Shown here: positions 1-7,548 of the stretch, one piece after another | How the letters are laid out: every line of letters starts with the position of its first letter | Numbering within the stretch: the stretch's first letter is position 1 | Assembly: GCF_000195955.2 (NCBI RefSeq) | Contig: NC_000962.3 | Coordinates: 4,320,001 to 4,352,000 of the forward strand | From: Mycobacterium tuberculosis H37Rv | GTDB lineage: Bacteria; Actinomycetota; Actinomycetes; Mycobacteriales; Mycobacteriaceae | Length of the DNA stretch: 32,000 nt | Direction of reading: 5' to 3' | The notes under the pieces: generated by a model | What the model was told of the DNA's origin: nothing | Database searches by the model: none | What the model saw: the letters and a program-made list of their open reading frames with translations, nothing else | Position numbers and translations under genes: made by a program

Positions 1-94
1 CGCCCCCGCAGCAACAACACAACGGCACGGCAGCAGCTGATCACTGCCCAAAACACGCACCCACATCAGATGCAGAACCCCTTGACAACCAATA

Positions 95-430
95 GGGAAT
101 CTCTTCACGAATGAGGGGGCAGTTGGGGTTTGAATCCGCCGGTTTCCAGTAGGTATCTGTCGGCTTAGTTGGTGAGATTGCGAAAGCCGAGGGTCGATCC
201 CCGGAGGTGCTCGACGCGGCCGCTGATCGCTTCGGTCGGCGGGTTGACCGTGGTCACTGTTTTGGGCGTCGATCCACTGCGGGAATTCCCACTACCACGT
301 CCGGCCGGATCACCGGCGACTCGCGGTGCACGGCCCGCTCCAGCACCTCCTTGGTCAATTCGTTAGCCGTCCCCGCCAACTGCCCAGCCGTCGACTTCTT
401 CTTGCCCACCCACCCCATAGACCTTCGCCA
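95..430 (-). mobile_element. Possible degenerate ISL3-like transposase remnant (C-terminal fragment, frameshifted) with candidate terminal repeat
   Basis: Minus-strand translation ending at TAA (165-167) reads ...KTVTTVNPPTEAISGRVEHLRGSTLGFRNLTN*. This resembles the N-x-x-T-E-x-x-N ... G-F-R-N signature near the C-terminus of ISL3-family DDE transposases. Upstream sequence continues only in another frame (GKKKSTAGQLAGTANELTKEVLERAVHRESPVIRPDVVVGIPAVDRRPKQ*), implying a frameshift and decay. GGGAATCTCTTCACGAATG at 95-113 is a plausible ISL3-type terminal repeat. There is no intact ORF. Confidence 0.3.
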
Positions 431-703
431 CACAGCGCCTTCCGTCCACCCAACAGCGGTCCGATGACGGACCCCCGACGGGGACTTCAGCGACCAGGAA
501 CGCGCCCATAGACGTGGTATCAGCCTGGGGGCGTCCTGGTAGCCTATGCCGTCCGCCCTGGGGCATCGACCCCAAGGTCGTTGTTGCGACGCGAGCGGTC
601 ATGGAGCAGGGTTGACTTGTCAAGCTAGAGCCAGCCCATCGCGTGGGAGGCACCCGCGCGAAAAGAAACATCGGACGATCATTTCATCGAAGGAAGGAAT
701 GCC

Positions 704-1327
704 GTGGCCGAATACACCTTGCCAGACCTGGACTGGGACTACGGAGCACTGGAACCGCACATCTCGGGTCAGATCAACGAGCTTCACCACAGCAAGCACC
801 ACGCCACCTACGTAAAGGGCGCCAATGACGCCGTCGCCAAACTCGAAGAGGCGCGCGCCAAGGAAGATCACTCAGCGATCTTGCTGAACGAAAAGAATCT
901 AGCTTTCAACCTCGCCGGCCACGTCAATCACACCATCTGGTGGAAGAACCTGTCGCCTAACGGTGGTGACAAGCCCACCGGCGAACTCGCCGCAGCCATC
1001 GCCGACGCGTTCGGTTCGTTCGACAAGTTCCGTGCGCAGTTCCACGCGGCCGCTACCACCGTGCAGGGGTCGGGCTGGGCGGCACTGGGCTGGGACACAC
1101 TCGGCAACAAGCTGCTGATATTCCAGGTTTACGACCACCAGACGAACTTCCCGCTAGGCATTGTTCCGCTGCTGCTGCTCGACATGTGGGAACACGCCTT
1201 CTACCTGCAGTACAAGAACGTCAAAGTCGACTTTGCCAAGGCGTTTTGGAACGTCGTGAACTGGGCCGATGTGCAGTCACGGTATGCGGCCGCGACCTCG
1301 CAGACCAAGGGGTTGATATTCGGCTGA
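704..1327 (+). CDS. sodA: Superoxide dismutase, Fe/Mn family (Rv3846)
   Basis: 207-aa ORF with GTG start at 704 preceded by GAAGGAAGG. It carries the Fe/Mn-SOD signatures HHSKHH and [11 protein letters not shown] (D-x-W-E-H-x-x-Y). The sequence matches my memory of M. tuberculosis SodA. Confidence 0.97.
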   Translation: MAEYTLPDLDWDYGALEPHISGQINELHHSKHHATYVKGANDAVAKLEEARAKEDHSAILLNEKNLAFNLAGHVNHTIWWKNLSPNGGDKPTGELAAAIADAFGSFDKFRAQFHAAATTVQGSGWAALGWDTLGNKLLIFQVYDHQTNFPLGIVPLLLLDMWEHAFYLQYKNVKVDFAKAFWNVVNWADVQSRYAAATSQTKGLIFG

Positions 1328-1413
1328 CCCCGCTGCCGCAAGCGTCGGGCTCAGTATTCCGGAGTCGCGCATCACCATCGCCCTTATCCTGGCCTTATAT
1401 TGCAGCTTTGTGA

Positions 1414-1434
1414 ACACGGCCGCGGTGGCCGTGT
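1414..1434 (+). terminator. Candidate stem-loop terminator downstream of sodA
   Basis: Perfect 8-bp stem ACACGGCC / GGCCGTGT with a 5-nt loop GCGGT, 87 nt after the sodA stop. There is no U-tract, which is common for mycobacterial terminators. Confidence 0.4.
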
Positions 1435-1537
1435 CGAGTTGCAGGGCGCGTAAACCACGCGCATGCTTGGTTACTCGAGCTACCATTTATTTCGAGCTAC
1501 CAGCGTGGTTAGGACGGAGGCGTCGCGGAGGGGCGAG

Positions 1538-2071
1538 ATGGGTACCGGGTCAGGTGGGCCTATTGGGGTTTCTCCCTTCCATTCGCGTGGTGCCCTGAAA
1601 GGGTTCGTGATCTCTGGACGTTGGCCTGATTCGACCAAAGAGTGGGCCCAGCTGCTGATGGTCGCAGTTCGGGTCGCGTCGTTGCCCGGCTTGCTCTCCA
1701 CCACAACGGTGTTTGGTGCCCGCGAAGAGTTGCCCGACGAACCCGAGCCGGGGACCGTCGGTCTGGTGCTGGCCGAGGGCACCGTCTTCGGTGAATCAGC
1801 AATTCAGCCAGGATATTTCGCTGATCATCAACCCCCTGCATTGCTGATGCTGCATCCACCCTCGGAGACCACGCCGTCGCTGCCGGAATGCACCGGGGCG
1901 GCGTCAGGGTGCGTGCTGCTGCCGGGATTACCGTATCTGGGATTGGAACATCGTGCGGCTTGGGTGGAGGCTGAAGCCGACGGCACCATCACATCTATGG
2001 TGAGCCGGGTGGGCGTCGACCCGATAAGCCATCCCGACACCGCAATTCTGGCAATGCTGCTTGCAGCATAA
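1538..2071 (+). CDS. Hypothetical protein (Rv3847-like)
   Basis: The ORF track gives 1463-2071. I prefer the internal ATG at 1538 (MGTGSGGPIG..., 177 aa), which fits the remembered annotation length. I recognise no domain. Codon usage is GC3-rich. Confidence 0.6.
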   Translation: MGTGSGGPIGVSPFHSRGALKGFVISGRWPDSTKEWAQLLMVAVRVASLPGLLSTTTVFGAREELPDEPEPGTVGLVLAEGTVFGESAIQPGYFADHQPPALLMLHPPSETTPSLPECTGAASGCVLLPGLPYLGLEHRAAWVEAEADGTITSMVSRVGVDPISHPDTAILAMLLAA

Positions 2072-2325
2072 GGAAATTCGAAGGAGTCTGTTCGGGCGGC
2101 GAATCGCCAAATACGGGTGGCCGAACTTGTCCGACATCCTGGTGCACACCAAATATGACCGCTAGCCTGGGGACGTTAGCGAAGGGGAGTAGTCCCGAAT
2201 CGTCGAGTCGACATACTGGCGAAAAGCCCGGCTGGCGAACCGTTTGATACCAACGGTGGGCGAGACCTTCGACCGATGTTCGATGACCGACTGGTCGTCG
2301 ACAACGCGTCGAAAGGTCGCCTGCC

Positions 2326-3234
2326 ATGCTCGCCGCCACACTGCTAAGTCTGGGAGCCGTTTTCCTTGCTGAGCTCGGCGACAGATCCCAGCTCATCACG
2401 ATGACCTACACACTTCGCTACCGCTGGTGGGTGGTGCTGACCGGGGTGGCGATCGCAGCGTTCACGGTGCACGGGGTAGCGGTGGCGATCGGCCACTTTT
2501 TGGGCTCGACCGTGCCGGCCCGGCCGGCCGCCTGCGTATCGGCGATCGCATTCCTGATCTTTGCCGTGTGGGTCTGGCGGGAGGACACGGCCAGCGACAG
2601 CGAAACCTCGCCAACCGCTGCCGAACCCCGACTCGCGCTGTTCACCGTGGTCTCGTCGTTCGCACTGGCTGAGCTGGGTGACAAGACAACGTTGGCGACG
2701 GTGACCTTGGCCAGCGATCACCACTGGGCCGGCGTATGGATCGGCACCACCCTGGGCATGATCCTGGCCGACGGCCTGGCGATCGGCGCAGGGCTGCTGC
2801 TGCACCGGCGCCTTCCGGAGCGGTTGCTGCAGGTCCTGACTGGCCTGCTGTTCCTGCTGTTCGGACTGTGGTTGCTGTTCGACGACGCGTTGGGCTTCAG
2901 ATCGGTTGCCATCGCCGTGACAGCGGCGGTGGTGCTGGCCGCGGCAACTACGGCGGTATCGGTGCGGGTGGCGCAAACTCGTCGGCGGCGGCCAACCGCT
3001 GCTGCGACACCAGAAGATGACTCGACACGCCCCGAGCGGTCGTCGGTCGCGCCGGGCCATCCCGGGAGCATCTTGCTACCGCTTCCGGAAGTGTCTTTGC
3101 GGGGGCGCCGACCGCCCTCAGGGTCGCCTGACGAGCGCTGTGCGGACCCAGGCAGCAAAGGAGGCTCTCGGCGAATCTCCGTTGGCTGCTGGTTGCCCGG
3201 AGTCGGCCGCATCCGCCCGACACGGTCATCCTGA
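2326..3234 (+). CDS. UPF0016 (Gdt1/TMEM165/MneA-like) putative Mn2+/Ca2+ cation transporter membrane protein (Rv3848-like)
   Basis: 302-aa ORF with multiple hydrophobic helices. It has two copies of the family-defining E-x-G-D-[KR]-[ST] motif (AELGDRSQ near the N-terminus, AELGDKTT about 100 aa later). The Arg/Pro-rich C-terminal tail is low-complexity, so the true 3' extent of function and the start codon are uncertain. Confidence 0.8.
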   Translation: MLAATLLSLGAVFLAELGDRSQLITMTYTLRYRWWVVLTGVAIAAFTVHGVAVAIGHFLGSTVPARPAACVSAIAFLIFAVWVWREDTASDSETSPTAAEPRLALFTVVSSFALAELGDKTTLATVTLASDHHWAGVWIGTTLGMILADGLAIGAGLLLHRRLPERLLQVLTGLLFLLFGLWLLFDDALGFRSVAIAVTAAVVLAAATTAVSVRVAQTRRRRPTAAATPEDDSTRPERSSVAPGHPGSILLPLPEVSLRGRRPPSGSPDERCADPGSKGGSRRISVGCWLPGVGRIRPTRSS

Positions 3235-3498
3235 TCTGCTCGCCGAACACGTGGGCGACGGACCAACGCGCGTGTTTTCATCGGATATTCTGCGGATAAC
3301 CTGTGAAATCCGTTCGTCGTGTGGACACATCACCGAATCGGTTGGACCCTCATCGGGGGGGTCTTCGTTGACCCCTCACAACGTCAGCACCCAATCCGCT
3401 CAGGTTTGCACTTGGTTGTGGACACAACTGTCGCTACCATGATCAGCAAATACATACAGATAACCGTTTGCTCTTGGAGCCCGGTGGAGGTCACATCG

Positions 3499-3897
3499 AT
3501 GAGCACGACGTTCGCTGCCCGCCTGAACCGCCTGTTCGACACGGTTTATCCGCCCGGACGCGGGCCACATACCTCCGCGGAGGTGATCGCGGCGCTCAAG
3601 GCAGAGGGCATCACGATGTCGGCTCCCTACCTATCACAGCTACGCTCAGGAAACCGTACGAACCCATCGGGGGCGACCATGGCCGCCCTGGCCAACTTCT
3701 TCCGCATCAAGGCGGCCTACTTCACCGACGACGAGTACTACGAAAAGCTCGACAAGGAATTGCAGTGGCTGTGCACGATGCGCGACGACGGCGTGCGCCG
3801 GATCGCGCAGCGGGCCCACGGGTTGCCCTCCGCGGCGCAGCAGAAGGTGTTGGACCGGATCGACGAGCTGCGGCGTGCCGAAGGGATCGACGCTTAG
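3499..3897 (+). CDS. espR: ESX-1 transcriptional regulator / nucleoid-associated protein EspR (Rv3849)
   Basis: ATG at 3499 is preceded by GGTGGAGG. It gives a 132-aa protein, MSTTFAARLNRLFDTVYPPGRGPHTSAEVIAALKAEGITMSAPYLSQLRSG..., with an N-terminal HTH, matching remembered EspR. The longer ORF-track start (3319) has no RBS. Confidence 0.93.
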   Translation: MSTTFAARLNRLFDTVYPPGRGPHTSAEVIAALKAEGITMSAPYLSQLRSGNRTNPSGATMAALANFFRIKAAYFTDDEYYEKLDKELQWLCTMRDDGVRRIAQRAHGLPSAAQQKVLDRIDELRRAEGIDA

Positions 3898-4014
3898 TCC
3901 CTGATACCGACCGCCCGCTCCACCCGACCTGGCGGGTTGGGGTTGGTCTGCCCCGATTAGGGTTGCCCCAGCGATCACCGCGATAGTCCACGAGATACCG
4001 GGAGGCGGCCGGGA

Positions 4015-4671
4015 ATGGGCCTGTTCGGCAAGCGAAAGAGCCGCGCGACCCGTCGCGCGGAAGCCCGCGCGATCAAAGCCCGCGCCAAGCTCGAGGCCAA
4101 GCTGTCGGCCAAGAACGAGGCGCGCCGCATCAAGGCCGCCCAGCGCGCGGAATCAAAGGCGCTCAAGGCGCAGCTGAAGGCCCGGCGGGACAGCGACCGG
4201 GCGGCGCTCAAGGTCGCCGAAGCCGAGCTCAAGGTAGCACGCGAAGGCAAGTTGCTGTCACCGACGCGGATTCGCCGGTTGCTGACGGTTTCTCGGCTCC
4301 TGGCCCCGATACTGACGCCGGTGATATACCGGGCCGCGATGGCTGCCCGCGGGTTGATCGACCAGCGGCGCGCCGATCAGCTCGGGGTCCCGCTGGCACA
4401 GATCGGCCGGTTCTCCGGTCATGGCGCCCGGTTGTCGGCGCGGGTTGGGGGAGCCGAGCGATCGTTGCGGATGGTGCAGGAAAAGAAGCCGAAGGACGTA
4501 GAAACCAAACAGTTCGTGTCGGCGGTGACCAATCGGCTCACCGATCTGTCGGCGGCCGTCGCGGCCGCGGAGCACATGCCCGCAAAGCGGCGCCGGACGG
4601 CCCACTCGGCGATCTCGTCGCAGCTGGATGGCATCGAGGCGGACCTGATGGCCCGGCTCGGGTTGACCTAA
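4015..4671 (+). CDS. Conserved hypothetical protein with highly basic Lys/Arg/Ala-rich coiled-coil N-terminus (Rv3850-like)
   Basis: 218-aa ORF, with ATG preceded by GGGAGG. The N-terminal ~75 aa are K/R/A/E heptad-like (KRKSRATRRAEARAIKARAKLEAKLSAKNEARRIKAAQRAESKALKAQLKARR...). Confidence 0.8.
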   Translation: MGLFGKRKSRATRRAEARAIKARAKLEAKLSAKNEARRIKAAQRAESKALKAQLKARRDSDRAALKVAEAELKVAREGKLLSPTRIRRLLTVSRLLAPILTPVIYRAAMAARGLIDQRRADQLGVPLAQIGRFSGHGARLSARVGGAERSLRMVQEKKPKDVETKQFVSAVTNRLTDLSAAVAAAEHMPAKRRRTAHSAISSQLDGIEADLMARLGLT

Positions 4672-4682
4672 CCGGCGGCCCG

Positions 4683-4967
4683 ATGACCGCAATTGGCATG
4701 TCACATCCGCCTCGCGTGCATCGGCGGGTCGGCGGGCAGCGCACTGCACTGACCGCGGGCATCGGCCTCTTGCTGGCCGCCTTGGTGCTGACCACCATCG
4801 CGAACCCACCTGCGGCGTTTGCGCACACCGCGCAGCTGTCCACCGCTACGCCCGCACCCGCAGTCGCCGCCACCGACGCGAACGACGTCCCGACGTGGCC
4901 ATTCGTCGTAGGGACCGTGGCGGCGGTTGCCGTGGCTGCATTGTGGGCCGTTCGGCGCGGGCGCTAA
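4683..4967 (+). CDS. Small secreted/membrane-anchored protein (Rv3851-like)
   Basis: 94-aa ORF with an N-terminal signal-like segment (LTAGIGLLLAALVLTTIANPPAAFA|HT). It also has a C-terminal hydrophobic helix followed by RRGR. Confidence 0.65.
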   Translation: MTAIGMSHPPRVHRRVGGQRTALTAGIGLLLAALVLTTIANPPAAFAHTAQLSTATPAPAVAATDANDVPTWPFVVGTVAAVAVAALWAVRRGR

Positions 4968-5073
4968 CCAATCAACCCCGGTAGCCCGGAAGGTGCGGCA
5001 CCGTGTCCTGGCATGATGGGACCGAGCGTTTGCGATCTAGTGAGCGACGACAATGCTGCAAAGGAGCGGCCAC

Positions 5074-5478
5074 ATGCCAGACCCGCAGGATCGACCCGAC
5101 AGCGAGCCGAGCGACGCATCGACGCCGCCAGCTAAGAAGCTGCCGGCCAAGAAGGCCGCCAAGAAAGCACCAGCAAGAAAGACGCCGGCGAAGAAGGCAC
5201 CCGCCAAAAAAACACCCGCCAAGGGTGCTAAGTCCGCGCCACCAAAGCCTGCCGAGGCGCCCGTCAGTTTGCAGCAGCGGATCGAAACCAACGGCCAGCT
5301 TGCAGCTGCTGCTAAGGATGCAGCGGCACAAGCAAAGTCGACAGTGGAAGGCGCCAACGACGCCCTGGCGCGCAACGCATCAGTGCCGGCGCCGAGTCAC
5401 TCGCCCGTGCCGCTGATCGTTGCCGTCACGCTTAGCCTGCTGGCGCTGCTGCTGATCCGGCAACTGCGCCGCCGCTGA
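5074..5478 (+). CDS. hns: Histone H1-like / 'H-NS' protein with PAKKA-type repeats and C-terminal membrane helix (Rv3852)
   Basis: ATG at 5074 ([10 protein letters not shown]..., 134 aa). It has tandem basic tetrapeptide-like repeats, [35 protein letters not shown]. The C-terminal hydrophobic segment is [22 protein letters not shown]. Confidence 0.88.
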
Positions 5479-5494
5479 ACGCGCTGGCACCATA

Positions 5495-5968
5495 GTGGCC
5501 ATCTCATTTCGCCCAACCGCTGACCTCGTCGACGACATCGGGCCCGACGTGCGCAGCTGTGACCTACAGTTCCGCCAATTCGGCGGCCGATCGCAGTTCG
5601 CCGGACCGATCAGCACCGTGCGGTGTTTTCAGGACAATGCGTTGCTGAAGTCGGTGCTCTCGCAGCCAAGTGCGGGCGGTGTGCTGGTCATCGACGGCGC
5701 CGGGTCCCTGCACACCGCGTTGGTCGGTGATGTCATCGCCGAGTTGGCCCGCTCTACCGGCTGGACCGGGTTGATCGTCCACGGCGCGGTGCGAGATGCC
5801 GCCGCGCTGCGCGGCATCGACATCGGCATCAAAGCGCTGGGCACCAATCCCCGCAAGAGCACCAAGACCGGTGCCGGAGAACGCGACGTTGAAATCACGC
5901 TGGGCGGGGTGACATTCGTTCCGGGCGATATCGCCTACAGCGACGACGACGGCATCATCGTCGTCTGA
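5495..5968 (+). CDS. rraA: RraA family protein (regulator of RNase E activity A / HMG-aldolase-like; formerly menG; Rv3853)
   Basis: 157-aa ORF with typical RraA-family length and sequence ([25 protein letters not shown]...[10 protein letters not shown]). Confidence 0.9.
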
Positions 5969-6003
5969 CTATGGCCTAAACCGGCGCTAAACCGTCGCTA
6001 AAG

Positions 6004-7473
6004 CTAAACCCCCACCGGGGCAGGCCTTTTGGCGAACCGCAGACCCTCGTCGTCGATCTTGCCGCGCCGGATGAGCCGGATGTCACGTAGGTAGTTCTGA
6101 TTCAGGCGCCACGGTGTACGCGAACCCTGCTTGGGCAGCTCGTCCAGCGAGCGCAGCACGTAACCTGGGGTGAACTCCATGAAGGGCCGCTCTTCGACAT
6201 CTGAGCCCGGTCGCTCGACGACCACGGTGTCAAAACCGTTGTCGTCCATGTAATTCAACAAGCGACAGACAAACTCCGACACCAGGTCGGCCTTCAGCGT
6301 CCAGGAGGCATTGGTGTAGCCAACCGTGTAGGCCATGTTGGGGATGCCGGAAAGCATCATGCCCTTGTAGGCCATCGTCGTGGTGATGTCCACTTGTTGT
6401 CCGTCGATAGTCGCCGTCGCCCCACCAAAAAGCTGCAGGTTCAACCCCGTTGCGGTAATGATGATGTCAGCCGGCAGTTCGCGACCTGAGTTCAGCCGGA
6501 TTCCGGTCGCGGTGAACCGTTCAATGGTGTCGGTCACCACCTCGACCTTCCCGTGACGAATGGCCCGGAACAGGTCGCCGTTGGGCACCAAGCACAATCG
6601 CTGGTCCCAGGGGTTGTAGTGCGGGCCGAAGTGCTTTCGCACGTCGTACCCCTCGGGTAGCTGGCGCTGGATCAGGCTCAGGAACATCTTCCGCATGCGC
6701 CGTGGCCACTTCTGGCAGGCGCTGTACACGGCCGCCTGGCGCAGCACGTTCTTCCACCGTACCGCGGTGTAGGCCATGGTCTCCGGCAGCCAGCGGTTGA
6801 GCTTCTCGGCGATGCCGTCCCGGTCTGGCTGCGACACGATGTAGGTGGGTGAGCGCTGCAGCATCGTGACGTGCTTGGCGCCCGAGTCCGCCAGCGCCGG
6901 CACGAGCGTGACCGCCGTTGCGCCACTGCCGATCACGACGATGTTCTTAGCGTCGTAGTCGAGGTCCTCGGGCCAGTGCTGCGGATGGATGATCGGCCCG
7001 ACGAAATCCTCCGAGCCGGCGAATCTCGGCGAGTAGCCCTCGTCGTAGTTGTAGTAGCCGCTGCACAGAAAGAGGAATTCGCAGGTGAGGGCGCTGAGCG
7101 TGCCGTGGCTTTGGATGTGAACGGTCCAGCGGTTTTCCGCGGTCGACCAATCGGCACTGATCACCTTGTGGTGGAACCGGATATGCCTGTCGATTCCATA
7201 CATGGCCGCGGTGCTCTTGACGTACTCGAGGATGGGCTTGCCGTCGGCGATCGCCTGCCGTCCGGTCCAGGGACGGAATCGGAAACCTAGCGTGTACATG
7301 TCGGAGTCGGAGCGAATTCCGGGATAACGGAACAAATCCCAGGTGCCGCCCATGGATTCCCGCTTTTCCAGGATGGCGTAGCTCTTGGTCGGGCAACGGT
7401 CCTGCAGGTGCCAGGCCGCGCTGACACCGGAGATTCCAGCGCCCACGATGACAACGTCGAGGTGCTCGGTCAT
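6004..7473 (-). CDS. ethA: FAD-containing Baeyer-Villiger monooxygenase EthA, ethionamide activator (Rv3854c)
   Basis: 489-aa ORF with an N-terminal GxGxxG FAD fold (VVIVGAGISGVSAA). It has the BVMO fingerprint FxGxxxHxxxWP (FVGPIIHPQHWP) and a second dinucleotide fold (VVVIGSGATAV). It is divergent from a TetR gene. Confidence 0.96.
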   Translation of the reverse strand: MTEHLDVVIVGAGISGVSAAWHLQDRCPTKSYAILEKRESMGGTWDLFRYPGIRSDSDMYTLGFRFRPWTGRQAIADGKPILEYVKSTAAMYGIDRHIRFHHKVISADWSTAENRWTVHIQSHGTLSALTCEFLFLCSGYYNYDEGYSPRFAGSEDFVGPIIHPQHWPEDLDYDAKNIVVIGSGATAVTLVPALADSGAKHVTMLQRSPTYIVSQPDRDGIAEKLNRWLPETMAYTAVRWKNVLRQAAVYSACQKWPRRMRKMFLSLIQRQLPEGYDVRKHFGPHYNPWDQRLCLVPNGDLFRAIRHGKVEVVTDTIERFTATGIRLNSGRELPADIIITATGLNLQLFGGATATIDGQQVDITTTMAYKGMMLSGIPNMAYTVGYTNASWTLKADLVSEFVCRLLNYMDDNGFDTVVVERPGSDVEERPFMEFTPGYVLRSLDELPKQGSRTPWRLNQNYLRDIRLIRRGKIDDEGLRFAKRPAPVGV

Positions 7474-7548
7474 GGATCCACGCTATCAACGTAATGTCGA
7501 GGCCGTCAACGAGATGTCGACACTATCGACACGTAGTAAGCTGCCAGG
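7474..7548. promoter_or_regulatory. ethA-ethR divergent promoter/operator region
   Basis: 75-bp spacer between divergent start codons. It contains direct repeats TCAACGTAATGTCGA (7486-7500) and TCAACGAGATGTCGA (7506-7520), 20-bp period. It also contains CTATCAAC (7483-7490) / CTATCGAC (7523-7530) and a GTCGAC palindrome (7517-7522). This is consistent with the multi-dimer EthR operator described in the literature. Confidence 0.8.

Noticed and set aside
133-150. GGGGTTTGAATCCGCCGG, which resembles a tRNA T-arm (GGTTCGAATCC)
   Set aside because: The flanking bases cannot form the T-stem, acceptor stem or any cloverleaf, so there is no tRNA or tRNA-fragment attachment site that I can support.
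363-671. 102-aa minus-strand ORF upstream of sodA
   Set aside because: It has no RBS or domain and a Gly/Arg/Val-rich composition. It lies within the region that looks like decayed IS sequence and the sodA promoter, so I do not call it a gene.
3319-3498. N-terminal extension of espR (ORF-track start 3319), and similar extensions of Rv3847 (1463), hns (5053), gltD (to 11589), espG1 (21874), espH (22683), eccA1 (23284) and PE35 (30703)
   Set aside because: The internal starts are preceded by better Shine-Dalgarno sequences or sit at coupling junctions. They also reproduce the protein lengths I remember for these well-studied genes. The extensions have non-coding-like composition.
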